Origin: Chiloscyllium plagiosum
Lineage: Eukaryota
DNA length: 64,000 nt
Assembly: GCF_004010195.1 (NCBI RefSeq)
Contig: NC_057752.1
Coordinates: forward strand, 6,274,044 to 6,338,043
Reading direction: 5' to 3'
The notes below the pieces were generated by a model, which did not search any database, was not told where the DNA came from, and saw nothing but the letters and a program-made list of their open reading frames with translations. The translations under genes and the position numbers were made by a program. Within the stretch, counting starts at the first letter, position 1; every line of letters begins with the position of its first letter. This document shows, one piece after another, positions 37,855 to 51,640 of this stretch.

Positions 37855-38196
37855 ATATAGGATAAATAGGCAAAGTCTTTTCCCTGGGGTGGGGAAGTCC
37901 AGAGCTAGAGGGCATAGGTTTAGGGTGAGACGGGAAAGATATAAAAGAGACCTAAGGGGCACTTTTTTCACGCAGAGGGTGGTACATGTATGGAATGAGC
38001 TGCCAGAGGAAGTGGTGGAGGCTAGTACAACATTTAAAAGGCATCTGGATGGGTGTATGAATAGGAAGGGTTTGGAGGGATACGGGCCGGGTACTGGCAG
38101 GTGGGACTAGATTGGGTTGGGATATCTGGTCCGCATGGACGAGTTGAACTGAAGGGTCTGTTTCCGTGCTGTACATCTCTATGACTCTATGACTCT
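37855..38196 (+). mobile_element. CR1/HER1 3' end
   Basis: RARGHRFRVRRERYKRDLRG...WNELPEEVVEA; (ctctatga)n tail. Confidence 0.9.
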
Positions 38197-38199
38197 ATT

Positions 38200-38470
38200 T
38201 CATAGAATCCCGGCAGTGTAGAAAGAGGCCATTCAGCCCACATTGGCCCTCCAAAGAGCATCCCAACTCCTCACACAATAACCCTGCAGTTACCATTGCT
38301 AGTCCACCTAGCCCACACACTATGGGCAATTTAGCACAGCCAATCCACTGAACCTTTGGACTGTGGGAGGAAACCAAGGAGAATATGCAAACTCCACACA
38401 GTCACCTGAGGTTGGAATAAAACCCAGGTCCCCAGTGCTGTGAGGCAACAGTGCTAACCACTGTGCCACC
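38200..38470 (-). mobile_element. HE1-type V-SINE, internally deleted
   Basis: Tail to tail with the CR1 end at 38196. Confidence 0.8.
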
Positions 38471-38749
38471 TCCTATTGAGTGTTCCAGCAACTAGGAGCA
38501 CAGTTCTGACCCCAACATTACAAAAAGAGTATATAGACGTGGGAGAAGGTTAAAAACAAGATTCACAAGAATAATCCCAGAACTGAAAGGTTATACTTAT
38601 CAGGAAAGACTGAAAAGATAGCGGCTCTTTTCCCTAGAGAATAAAGGCTGAGGGGCTTGACCTGATATTTAAAAAAACTCAAAGATTACAAGACGGTTTT
38701 GATAGGATTGACATGCAAATTTTGGGGGGGACAATCAGAAAATGAGATG

Positions 38750-39895
38750 AGAGTCCAGAGACAGTATGTTCCTGTGAAGGGCAAGGCTCGTAGGTTTGGG
38801 AATGCTGGATGACTAGAGAAATTGAGGTTTTGGTCAGGAATAAGAAGGAAGCGTATGTCAGATTAGATTAGATTACAGTGTGGAAACAGGCCCTTCGGCC
38901 CAACAAGTCCACACCGACCCACAACCCACCCATACATTTACCCCTTACCTAACACTACGGGCAATTTAGTATGGCCAATTCACCTGACCTGCACATCTTT
39001 GGACTGTGGGAGGAAACCGGAGCACCCGGAGGAAACCCACACAGAAACTGGGAGAACGTGCAAACTCCACACAGTCAGTCGCCTGAGGCGGGAAGTGAAT
39101 CCAGGTCTCTGGCGCTGTGAGGCAGCAGTGCTAACCACTGTGCCACCGTGCCGTCAGGTACAGACAACAGAGATCGAGTGATTCCTGAGAAGAGTATAAG
39201 AGCAGTAGGAGTATACTTTAAGAGGGAAATCAGGAGGGCAAAAAGGGGACATGACATAGCTTTGACAAATAGGGTTAAGGAGAATCCAAAGGAATTCTAC
39301 AAATACATTAAGGACAAAAGGGTAACTAGGGAGAGAATAGAGCCCCTTAAAGATCAGCAAGGCCGCCTATATGTGGAACTGCAGGAGATTGGGGAGATAC
39401 TAAATGAGTATTCTGCATCAGTGTTTACTGTGGAGAAGGATATGGAAGATATAGGACATGGGGAAATAAATAGCGACATCTTGAAAAATGTCCATATTAC
39501 AGAGGGTGGTGGTGCTGGACGGCTTAAAAAGTATAAAGGCAGATAAATCCCTGGGAAAGGATCAGGTGCACCTTAGAATTCTGTGGGAAGCTAGGGAAGA
39601 GTTTGCTGGGTTCCTTGCTGAGATATTTGGATCATCGATAGCCATAGGTGAGGTGCTGGAAGACTGGAGTTAGCTAATGTGGTGCCACTGTTTAAGAAAG
39701 GTGGTAAGTAAAAGCCAAGGAGGTTGGAGGGAATCCTCAAGGACAGGATTTACATGTATTTGGAAAGGCAAGGAATGATTAGGGATACTCAGCATGACTT
39801 TGTGCATGGGAAATCGTGTCTCATGAACGTGATTGAATTTTTTGAAGAAGTAACAAAGAGGATTGATGAGGGCAGAGCAATGGATGTGATGTACT
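38750..39895 (+). mobile_element. CR1 ORF2 internal fragment with nested HE1-type SINE (38862-39152, minus)
   Basis: KREIRRAKRGH...ENPKEFYKYIKDKRVTRE...ASVFTVEKD. The SINE is flanked by GTCAG at 38857-38861 and 39153-39157 (probable target-site duplication). Confidence 0.9.
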
Positions 39896-41114
39896 GAATA
39901 GCTGCCAGCTACCAGCTCTCTTTAGTTGCCACCTCAGATGCCCTGGAGAAGGTAGTAACAAGCTACTCCTTGAACTGCAGTCATCTGTGTGGTGTAGGTA
40001 CACCCACAGTGCTGTGAGGAAGGGAATTCCTGGATATTGGCTCTGTGAGTGAAGGAACAGGAAATAGCTCTAAGTCAGATTGGAGGCACAATCAACTGGA
40101 GGCAACTTTGGCCACTGATGGACAACTCTTAGCAGTTGTTTTGGCACTCACACTGGCAGGAGCCTGGCACCAGCTCAACCTCTGGGCAGCCATGATGGAG
40201 AAAAGCAAAAACCATTCTTGATAAATTGTTTCCCTCATTGAATCTAAATGAACAGTGGGCTAGGCCTATCCCAGCCACTTAAGGCAAAAGAACAATGAGA
40301 AAACGTTGGGAGTTCCTGGGTTGCTGAGTTCCTGTAAAGTGATTCAATTCTGACAGGTTCCTGTTGTGTGTCAGGAGTTAATAAATACCACAGTTTACAC
40401 AAACTCCTGTCAGAGGCAGCAGCTGCCAGTACACCGAGTGAATCCAGGGATGTGTGTTTATAGATCTTGAAATATTTTTAGCAGAACATTACATAACGTC
40501 ATTCAAACATTCTGCATTTTAGAGAGCCAGGATTCTTTGCAGTTTCCCTCTTGGTCTACCTGGGTTCTCCCTTAAAGCTGTTCACTCTACAAAGCTTGTG
40601 TGGCACTTCAAGATGTAGCTCATCATTATCTTAAAATGCTCAGAGGTGAAATGCAAAGACAGCTAGTTTTGTCAAATCTTTCTAAGCTTGTGTACAAATA
40701 TAGCAGTCAGCTCACAGAACAGAGTGCTTTTCATTTCATATTTGACCATTATATTCAGATACTGAGGAGGGAAAGTCCAAAACAGACACTGAATCTGAGA
40801 AAGGAAAATATGACCCTTCATGATTTGTCACCTGACATTCTCCAGTTTCATTTGATCGGATACTGTTCTTTATTTCAAACGTGAGTAGTCAAAGACTGTT
40901 TGAATTTTATTAACTCCTCTCTTCTTTTCAACTTATGTATCATCATATTTAACTCAGTCCACTCAGCCCATTGAACCTGCTCTGCCACTCAATAACATTA
41001 GGGCTGATCTTGTACCTCAGCTTTGCCTTCTTGTATTAGCCTCATCATCTTTGATAACCATCTGTCGACCTCCATTTTGAAAGCATAAACTGTGTCGTAG
41101 AGGAATGCCGTCAC

Positions 41115-41515
41115 AGACTTCTCAATTCAAGTCCCACTCCAAGGCTTGTTTGCAAAAATCCAGCTGCAGTGCCGGACTGAGGGAATGTTGTAACTGTCGG
41201 AGGTAGATGAGACATTAAACCAAGCCCCAGTCTGCCTCTTTTGGTGCACGGAGAAGATTCCACGGTAATATTTTAAAGATGAGCCTGGCAGTTCTTCCTA
41301 GTGCCCTGCCAAATATTTATCCCTCATTCGACACCATGAAGAAAAGATTATCTGGTCCATATCACATTGTTTTTGGGGGAGCTTACTGTGTGTAAATTGG
41401 CTGCCATGTTTCTCACATTTTAACATTGATGACATTTCAAAAGTACTTCAATGGTGTGAAGCACCTCAAAAATATCTGGTGGTCATGAAAGGCTCTATAG
41501 AAATGCATTTATGTC
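41115..41515 (+). mobile_element. Deu-domain SINE (SacSINE1-like)
   Basis: gatgagacattaaaccaagcccc...tctgcctct...aagattcc...aaatatttatccctca...tgtgtaaattggctgcc. Other copies at about 20180-20490 (+), 53225-53582 (+), 22945-23390 (-), 16965-17200 (-), 34590-34800 (-) and 36140-36340 (-). Confidence 0.7.
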
Positions 41516-42505
41516 TTTATGTATTAAACGACTGAACCCTTTGAAGTAGACAGATCCAAAGGTTCACAAATGCCTGCATGAAGAAATATTTCCATATTAC
41601 AGTTTGAAGTAATCAACCCCTTTTCCTGAGATTGTGACCTCTCACTCCCTCCCCCTGACCCTTGTTCCATATACCCCAGCCAGGTGAAGCAGCTCCCATT
41701 ATCTTACATGTGTGGTTCATTTCATTGAGATGCCTAAGTGAAGGCCCATGCAACAAGCTTGAAAAACGCAGAGGAGACAATGAGGTAAATTGAGAAGCAA
41801 TCATTTGGTGAGAACGAGCTCATAGATTCGAGCGAGAAGAGAAACCAGGGAAGAGGAAGATCAAGGATGGGAAAAGATTCCAAAATCCCAATGTAGTGGA
41901 AGATGAGGCAGAGATAACAGTTGATACATGAAAGCTTTGTAACTTCACAGCACTAATGTTTGTTTTAATTAATGTTAGTTTGTGAAGTGTGGCCAAAACT
42001 CTCTTGCATTGTTCTTAGATGTGGGCTTTATTTTATTTATGCCTCATTATCAGCCGCATGAGGAAAGAGAACATATTACGGTAAATTGTTTTCCATATTT
42101 TCTTCCTTTTAAGGTTCCTCTCTGCATTTTATTCTCTAAATAAACAAACTTGGATGTTTGAACAAGATTAAAAATGATGGGAATGTTGGAAAAGGTTGAG
42201 AGCTGTGGGTTAGGTCACTGTCCTTTCACCCCTGAGGCCTGCATTTAAATCAATACCAGGCTGACGGGGTCAAAATGCATCACTTGGCTGTTGGCTATAA
42301 GGGTCCTACGATACACAAACGTGGACAGTCTCCATCTAACAACAGGTGTGAGTTTACAGCACAAATAATCATTCAGTAAGGAGGAAGACTGCTGTGAGAG
42401 ACGGATTGCTTGATAGGGGAGCACACCTTTCAGCATAAGTGGAGCAAAAGTGTGTCCTATTGATTCAGGTTAAAAGCAGTGTGAGCCCCAAAGTAATGTA
42501 TACCT

Positions 42506-42826
42506 GATTAGATTAGATTAGATTACTTTACAGTGTGGAAACAGGCCCTTCGGCCCAACAAGTCCACACCGACCCGCCGAAGCGTAACCCACCCATACCC
42601 CTACATTTACCCCTTACCTAGCACTACGGGCAATTTAGCATGGCCAATTCACCTGACCTGCACATCTTTGGACTGTGGGAGGAAACCGGAGCACCCGGAG
42701 GAAACCCACGCAGACACGGGGAGAAGGTGCAAACTCCACACAGTCAGTCGCCTGAGGCGGGAATTGAACCCGGGTCTCTGGTGCTGCGAGGCAGCAGTGC
42801 TAACCACTGTGCCACCGTGCCGCCCA
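42506..42826 (-). mobile_element. HE1-type V-SINE (young)
   Basis: Near-identical to the 20735-21062 copy, with CpGs retained. Confidence 0.92.
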
Positions 42827-45800
42827 CGGGCACATGGAGTACATGATGCCAACACTGAGTGTCTACCCACAATGCTGAACACTGCCCCCTCTTTCTCCTG
42901 AGAACACATTTCACCAAAAATAACAATAAAAAAAAACATTTACTTGTTCTTGGGGTGAGAATAGGATTTATTATCCATCTTGAGTTGCCCCAAGGAGTTG
43001 AATAGTGGCACAGAGAGGGGCCAAGGTAGAACTCTGAACTTTGACCTCTCGGTCACTGTGGCCACAAGATGACTCTACCCAAACTGAAAATGGAGAAGAA
43101 CATTTAAGGATGTGTTGTTACCGCACTTCACTGTTTCAGATAAGTTAGTTTTGAGGAAACTGGCAAACTGTGCCCAACAGGCCAACCATGAAAACATGTG
43201 ACACCATGTGATAGAGTTGGTACCTCAGACAAAGTCCCAATTAAAAGTCTCACATTGCTATTGATGAAATGAAGCAAACAAGCTGCCCATTCAAACAAAC
43301 CAGCCCCTCCCAAAAAGAAAGTAACAGACATTTAACGACTATTCCGGTTTCTAGTGTTGGCTGCTGTGACTGTTACCTGAACATCACTTTTAAAAGCAGA
43401 AGTCTGCTGAGCACCGGTTTCTGGTTGGCATCAGTCCAAAGGGAGCATTTTCTGCCCGTGGCAATTTTCACTCTGATGTGCATCCTTGGAAGCGCTGACA
43501 AATGTGGGAGACAGTGGTTCACTGCTGCCGACATTGCCAAGATTATCCGAGTGCTGCATTTCATGATTGGAGCACTTTCCGGGCTGTTTCAGCTGCCTCA
43601 AAGTTCAAATGAACACCGTTCTCCAATCAAAGATGCTCTGCCTCCCATACAACTGAGCAACATAGTGTATGAATTTCAGTGTTAGTCTGATGCCGGTAAT
43701 GTGGGCTGTACGAATTGGCTGATTGAATCAATCAGCGTGTTGCTGTGGTTGGTAACAATAGGCAGAGAATAGACGGTGCTCAAACAGCCCACTGTAGTAG
43801 AAGCCAAAACATCTACTGTTTAGATATGATTCTGTCACTGAGGGGCACTTACTGACCAGTACCAAGTGCGCTAATAGCTACACAAATAACCAACTGAAGA
43901 TAAATCAGTCAAGCTTGTAATGCTGCTCATTTAATTTTGGTAGAAATGATATATATTCATACGCAGGAACCCATTGTCTACAAAGTAAGGAATATGTTCA
44001 AGCTTTGTGCCATCTTTTAAATACTCAGACGTTTGGGGAACCTATAGTTCTCTGTTGCTTTCTCTATGGCAGTGCCTCGTCCAATTAACCAACATCTTAC
44101 TCTCCTGTGTATAAATTTCTGTTATCGTTTGAAATGTGGCATCCTTGCAGTTGTCCTGATGAGTGCAAGAGAAAAACTTAAGAAATATAGTCTCTTTTCA
44201 GCCATAAAAAATATTGTACAGTTTTTTGTTAACATTACAATGTATTCTTGACATTTAAAAACAGGGAGCCAGGCTATTCTGATGGTGGCCATTGACTTTT
44301 ACTGACTTGTTCACCTGCTCCTTTTAAGCTGAGGTTCAGTAATCTCACTTGCACGAGGCATGGTTTTGCATTTTGTTTTCTCCATTGAACTGCAACTACC
44401 CACCCTGTTCATCTACCAACATCCTCCTCTAAACTTTCACAATCCCCGGCATAATCTACCACCACAGCAATTTGGTTCTAATAATAAATTCCAAAATTGT
44501 TTCCAATTTTGGTTTCTAATTCTAGCCCTTTGGTGAATCTGATAAATAAGAGGAGTTCCAACAGAGACCCTTGTGGGACACCACTCAAAGCATCTTTCCA
44601 GTTCAATATACTATTTCTATGCCAACCCTTTCCTTTTTAGCCTCCAACCAGTGTGACCATATACCCTTTAATTCCTGGTAGCTGAGTAAATGGCAAGGAC
44701 TTGAGAAAATAAACGCATACACTCTTCCAATTCCATAATCTTTGAGTCCTCCATTTTCTTTTATTCTTTCCCTTTGCTCCTCTCATTGTATCATTTTGTT
44801 TCCCTCTCCCAATTTTCAGTCTTGGCTCTTATTGCCCAAGGGATTATCCAGTTAGAAGTTAGGAGAGAATAAATGGCTTCAAGTTTCTTCAGTAGCACCT
44901 TCCAAACCCGAGACTACCATCTGGAAGGATAACAACAACGGATGCATGAAGACACCACCATGTAAGTCACTCACCATCCTAACTTAGAAATATATCACTG
45001 CTCCTGCATTGCAGCAGTTCAAGATGGTAGCTCACCACCACCTTCTCAGGAGCAAATAGGAATAGGCCACAAATGCTAGTCTAGCCAGCAACTCTCACAT
45101 ATGATGAAAGGATTTTTTTAAAAAGCCAGACGTAGAAATCACAGCAAAATTGCAACCTCATGATCTATTGAATCTGCATTGCTCTCTGACCCCTACACTC
45201 CAACAGCTGTGTGTGTATTCCAGTTCCTGTAATGCAGCAGTGATGCTTGCAGGTTTGCAAGTTTAATATCAGTTTGATTTAATTCTGTCCATTGTTTCCC
45301 TGTTGAACATGCTTGTTTGTTTTTCTTACAACATGATTGTTACTTGTTTACATGTTGTCAAATTCATTGCAGTGTATATATGGATTTTTCAATGTAAATC
45401 ACATTGTAATTCAACCTTGACACTGCAACCAAGTTTCTGAAATAAATACTATCACTAATATGTACTTAAACAGCCCACTTAAGCAATCAGGCCTCACATA
45501 ATGTGGTGTACTGGTTCCCACCCCCAGGTTGATTAAAATCTTACAGACTTTTCTTTAGCCATATTTCAGTCACTTTTTGTCTTTTCACAGGTAACTTTGT
45601 GGGTCATTTTCTCACACCTCATTTGTTTGTTCCAGGCTTGGCAACTCTCCCATTTTGCCCATTCAGACTCATTTTTGCAGAACATGACTGCACTTCTAAA
45701 AGTGGACTTGTTGGGCCGAAGGGCCTGTTTCGATACTGTAGGGAATCTAATCTAATCTAAATGTTGATCTGCCTCCCTGACAGTTCAAAAATAGTATCTC

Positions 45801-47297
45801 AAAGGAGCCAACAGTCCCATTGCAGCATTGAATACTCCAGGAGTTACATTTTGACCAAGCCCATTGAGCATGTACTGCGCATTTCATGGCTTTTGAGAAC
45901 ATGATACAGAACACAAAGGTCAAGAATATAAACCGTAAATTCAAACAAAATCACTGTTCACATTTGTGCAGCAGGAAGAACAGCTTCAGCACAAATTAGC
46001 CAAGCTGAGTTAAGGGATCGGAGATGTTGATTTTTTTTTTGCCTGAACTGTCTGCCACCCAGTTCTGCTTTAGCTGCATGTTAAAAGAGAGCAATGCAAA
46101 GTGAACACAAAACAGTTCAGGACATTGAATGTCTTTGACAGAAACAGCCATTGCTGCCTCCTGACAAACCCCAGCGAACTAGTTATGTTGTTATCGAGAA
46201 AAAGCACTATGGTCATTGTCTAATTCACCCACCTGCACAAAAGCAAGATGATCCTGAGCAGCTGGCCGCAATTGCTTTGGTATCTTAGGTGATTGTTCTG
46301 CTACAATTAAGCCTCAAATTCTTCCTCTTCTGATTGAAACATTTAATCCTGCACATGTGTGAGACTAAAAAGAGCTTTTCCACCGACCTAGACAATCCAA
46401 ATTGAATGATAGCCGTCGGTTCCTTGGAAACTCAGCTCACTGAGTGTAATTAATGTGAGCTAACGCTCAACATATTTGCCACATGCACAGACTGGGCACG
46501 ATGCCAGGCTGAACCTAAAACAGGCAACTGTTCAGGGGTACTTTAAGCTGTTTGTACCACAGTAATGCATTCTCCCTCCATCACACAGCGAGCACCTGTC
46601 AGACAGGAAAGCTAACAGCCAAACGTTTACTCTGTAACATTTATTCCTTGTACAGATAATTGCAAGAGTCTAAGCTCAAACGATTCATGTACCCATGTTC
46701 CCATTCTCTCTTTCTGCCCCCACATTTCCTACCAATCTCACTCACCATTTGCCAAAACGTAAGCACAGGTGTAAACAGGCAAGGGAAACTCATGCCTTTT
46801 TAAGCTTGAAAGTTTCAGGCTATCTATCCAGCATTTAGGCACAGTAGCCTTTTCTGGTGCACTATATCTGAAATCAGTAGAACTGACAAAAGGCTGAGCA
46901 GAAATTTAGACACAAATTGCATTCAGCACAAACAGAGTTTCCACCATCTTTCATGCTGGGCTAGAACTCACCATGTCAGGAGCCTGCCCTGCCCATGAAA
47001 ATACCCCCCCCCCACCCTGACTGAATTAATTACCACGGCATGGTTCTGCCAATTGCGTTTATTTGCGCACCATTGTGAATGTTCCAAAATTAATTTAGTT
47101 CTTTTAGTCGCAAGCACACTAATTGTAGACATTTTAAAAGCTGTTAAATTGAACATTTTTGTAATTCACTGAGCAATTGACTATTTCTCCCACAGAGATT
47201 GGCTCTGTAAATATTTTTAAAAGTCACTTTTAAAGATTAAAAAGTGAGTCACAGGTGATGAATTATTAAAAGTTATTTTGTGGCTAACCCATTTTCA

Positions 47298-48096
47298 GCT
47301 ATCATACAATAAACTACAATGTGTTAAAGACAAAAGCCTCTCCTTGTTAGACGACCAAGTGGTTTTCCTCGAGCACACTAGACCAAACAGATTCTGTAGA
47401 CCCTACCTGGTTACCATTTTTAAATACATCAAAAATATTTTTGAAAGCCAAACTCGACTTACAGAAAAACATCCTTCTAAAACATTGAAACATGCACAAA
47501 GAATTCTGGAGGAACTCAGCAGATTTGGTAGCATCTGTGGAGAGAGAAACACAGTTATTGTTTTGAGTCCGGTAGGACTCTTCTTCAGGTCTTTCTCTGT
47601 TCACAGGTGCAGCCAGACCTGCTGAGTTTTTCCAGCATTCTCGGTGTTTGTTTCAGATTTCTAGCATCCACCGGATTGTGCCTTTATTCTAAAAGTTGAC
47701 TGAGCCAGTTTGAGTTAGATTTTGCTTTGCATTAATTTCCTGAGCCTAGGGGAGAGCCATTATAATGAGCTGCAATGTGTTCCAGTGTGATAGATGACCA
47801 TAAACAACAAGGAGAATCAAAATGAAATGACGTATTTGTCAAACTTGCACCCGAGTTGACTCCATGTTTTATGCCGCTGGTATCTGTTATACTGAGCAGT
47901 TTTACCCCGCCCCTGTTTTAAGACAGGTCCTCACCACTGCTGCTCCTGTTGTATGAGCTCTCTGGTAGACTTGCTGCCTCTTTCCAGGTAGGGTCTACAG
48001 AATCTGTTTGGTCTAGTGTGCTCGAGGAAAACCACTTGGTCGTCTAACAAGGAGAGGCTTTTGTCTTTAACACATTGTAGTTTATTGTATGATAGC
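47298..48096. repeat. Perfect 113-bp inverted repeat pair (47298-47410 and 47984-48096), 573-bp spacer
   Basis: Base-by-base reverse-complement identity; both arms give the same peptide LSYNKLQCVKDKSLSLLDDQVVFLEHTRPNRFCRPYL in the ORF track. Confidence 0.97.
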
Positions 48097-50345
48097 AACT
48101 GGATACAAGTTACACTGATGTGATCAACGTAGTTACACAGACTATGAGGAAGACCCAGACAGCAGATCTCACTCCTCAATCCTGACCTGTTCTCCCACCA
48201 ACTCAATATGACATCCTCACAGTGGCTGGTGCTTCAGACACTCCCCAGAGTTAACTTTTTCCGACCCTGACACTGTTTCACAATAACTCCAACCAGAGTC
48301 CATCTTCCCCACACTGCTTGTTTCCCTTGTTGGGGAGTCCAAAACAATTGGGATGCCATTTACAAAGAAGGGGTCTCCCATTTAAAATATAGAGAGAAGA
48401 AGAATTTTTCTTTTCAGTGTCATTAGTCTGTGGAATCCTCTTCTCCAGGGTGCAGTGGAAGCCGGATCCTTGAATATTTTAAGACAAAGGTAAATAGAAT
48501 CATGACCGTAAAGGCAGTCAAAAGGTATGGCGACCGGCAGGAAAGTGGAGTTGAGGCCACAGTCAGATCAACTATGATTTTATTGAATGGCAGTTCAGGA
48601 TCAAGTGGCTGAATGGCCTGCTTCTACTGCTTATTCTTGGTTCTTAATACCTTCAGAGGGGAAAAGCTCTGAATGGTGACGAATTAAGAGAAATTTCATT
48701 GCTATCACACACCAGGACAGGAAATCTCTGAAACATTAACCATTGCAAGTGCATTTATCAGGATAGAAGATTGAGGAACATTTGGAATGCTATATAGCAG
48801 AGACAGTATCTCAAGAAACCAGTCAGTGAAAGGCTGATTTGGTCTGACTTGCAACTGTAGATTTTGCAGCACTTTCCAAACTGCCAACCTTCCTCAGCAC
48901 ACATCACTGAGTGCCCTCAGGCTGTGCTTACTGAAAGCAAATGGGGCTCTGCGTTCTTAAGGGGTCAGACCACTTAACAAAGCTTACCCCTCCCCAACCT
49001 TCAAAGCAGATTGGGCATGACATGGGAGAATGCAAAAAAGTTGAATTTGGTGAAGTTTCATAAATGACTACATAGGGGAGCCACACATAGATATACTAAG
49101 GTCAGTGGCAGTTGAAAGAAGCAGAATTCAGTGTTATTAAAAAATGAGTTGGGGTGAAGAGGATTCAGCATTACAGATGTCCGTGGAGTACTGTGCTCTT
49201 TCCTGACAGTGCCATCAAGCTTCAGCCAATCAATGCGATCATGGCTGATCTTTGATCTCAGTTCCCCTTTCCTGCACTACCTCTTGATTCCTGTAGTGTG
49301 TAAAAATGTATCACTGTCTGTGTTCAATAGACTCAACCACAGGGCAGCTGCAACTCTCAGGACACACAAATTTGAGTGAAGAAAACAAAACCCCACGTAC
49401 AAAGTATAAACCATACTACTAATGTCCTTCATATGTCCAGCGTTCACCTAGGAGTGCTTCCTGACTCATAAACTGCCAAGGCCAAAAGGAATCCACCCAC
49501 CTAAAGTACATGAACATGTTTCTGCACCCACTGGTTTCACTTTTAGGTGCTTCCACTGAATTTGATGGAAAGAGATTCATGTGGGTTAGAAACCCAGCAG
49601 CAGGACCCCTGCGGTTCTCCCGCTCCCAAACTGAGCGTTGCACCCACACTGCGGGCGACATTCCAGCCCACCTGAGTTTTACTGCGCCACATGTTAAACC
49701 CTGGGGCTCCTTTGCTTCTTTCCCTCTCCTTAGAAGAGACAGCTGCCCAGAGCAACCCTGCGACACCCATTCACAGGAGCCGGTAGGAGCACTAACTGCA
49801 CAACCATCCACTTCTAATCTTTCTTACGCGGAATTTTGTCCAGCCTTTTTACAGTTAGCTGACACCTCCTCAAGTACTATAGCTGGAAGTCCATCTCCAG
49901 GACATGTGACAGGGAGATACAGTTCTACACGTCAGTTTTTTTTATTTTCGTGACTGAATGCTTCACCTTCATTCCAGGAAGGAGAACATAAATATTTTTA
50001 AGACTGCAAACTTTGAACCTGGCAGTCAGAACCCAAACAGAGAATACAACCTACTGTAAATATACAAGCTTTCTTTCAAGCGATATATATGGAACATTCA
50101 GTCACAGAAAAAACAACAACTATTTTTAGTTGGAGATTAGTTTTCTTGGAAGTATGAGACCTAGCAGATACTCAGATTAATATGGTTCACTAGACAGGTT
50201 TTTAGACAAAGGGATTGTCCTATCAGGACAGACTGAGTAGACCAGGCCTATATTCCCTAAAGTTTAGAAGAAATAGTTTTTTTGTCCCCCAGGGATCTGA
50301 GTATCTATGCCTAGGCCAATATTTATTGACCATTTATTGACCAGG

Positions 50346-50700
50346 GCAGCACAGGTGGCTCAGTGGTTAGCACTGCTACCTCACAGGGATCCAAGTTTGA
50401 TTCCAGCCTCGGGTGACTGACTGTGTGGAGTTTACACATTCTCCTCGTGTCTGCGTGGGTTTCCTCCAGGTGCTCCGGTTGCCTCCCACAGTCCAAAGAC
50501 GTGCAGGTTAGGTGAACTGGCCATGCTAAATTGCCCATAGTGTCCAGGGATATGCAGGCTAGGTGGGTTTGCCATGAGAAATGCAGGGTTACAGGGAAAG
50601 GGTAGGGCTGTGAATCCTAGTGGGATTCTCTTCAGAGGGTCAGTGTGGACTTGATAGGCAGAATAGCCTGCTTCCATACTGTAAGGATTCGATGATTCTA
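50346..50700 (+). mobile_element. HE1-type V-SINE
   Basis: Head, V-domain and tail present. Confidence 0.88.
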
Positions 50701-50999
50701 CCCCCAGTTGCCCTGAAGAGGGTGAAAGTGAGCTGCCTTCTTCAATGGCAGTGGTGTAGGTAGACTCACAGTGTTGTCAGGGAGGAAGTTCCAGGATTTT
50801 GACCCAGCAACACTGAAGGAACGGCAATATGTTTCCAAGTCATGATGGTAAGGGGCCTGGAGGGGAACTTGCAGGGGTTGGTGTTCCCATCTATCAGCTG
50901 TCCTAGTCCTTCTAGATGGTAGAGGTTATGGGTTTGCAAGGAGATTTGGTGATTTGCTGCAGCGTGTCTTGTAGATGGTCACTCCTTGTAGCTTAATCA

Positions 51000-51640
51000 A
51001 TGGAGTCCAGGTCTCATTCTGGCAAATCCACGATGTACTCCTTCCAAGGCCAATCTATTCTTCCGAAGATGGAGAGCCTAGAGCTGCTCACAGTTACTCA
51101 AGGTATGGTATAACCAGGCTTTGCATAGGTGCAGCTTAACATCTACCTGTCTTGTATTCTAGACTTTGAGATATCATGACCAGCAGTCCATTAGCTGTTT
51201 CGATTCTTTTCTGTACCTAGTTGGGATCTCATCTTATGATCTGTGTACCTACTGCCGAGTCTTATTAGCCCTTTACTGTTTTTAGCTTTTGATCATTTAG
51301 AGACAATGTCCTGTTCTATCGTTATTAGCTCCAAAGTGAATGAATTCACATTTGCCTACATTCAAATCCATTTGTCACAGTTTTGCCCATTCACTGAATC
51401 TCTTCATATCCGTATGTAATTTTATACTTACATCTACATTGTTTACAATGTCAACTGTCTTTGTGCCTTTGGGAGACTTGTACATGTGGCTTCCTATCCT
51501 ATTATCCAAGCCATTAATAAATATGATGAATAGTTGTTGCCCTGGCACACACCTTTGCAAGACACCATTTGCCACATCCTGCCAATTCGAGGACTCCCCT
51601 ATTATCCATACTCTCTGTTTCCCTCCTGCCACACAGCTAG
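51000..51640 (-). mobile_element. Old CR1 LINE RT fragment
   Basis: WQDVANGVLQRCVPGQQLFIIFINGLD is a degenerate [22 protein letters not shown] motif. Confidence 0.8.

Noticed and set aside
43377..43620. Possible minus-strand first exon ending CAG|gtaaca at 43377
   Set aside because: The ATG-initiated ORF meets the donor in phase 2, and the phase-0 frame has a TGA with no later ATG, so it cannot feed the C1 exon in frame.
49419..49953. Overlapping ORFs of 130-147 aa
   Set aside because: No recognisable domain, no splice support, and open on both strands as expected by chance.
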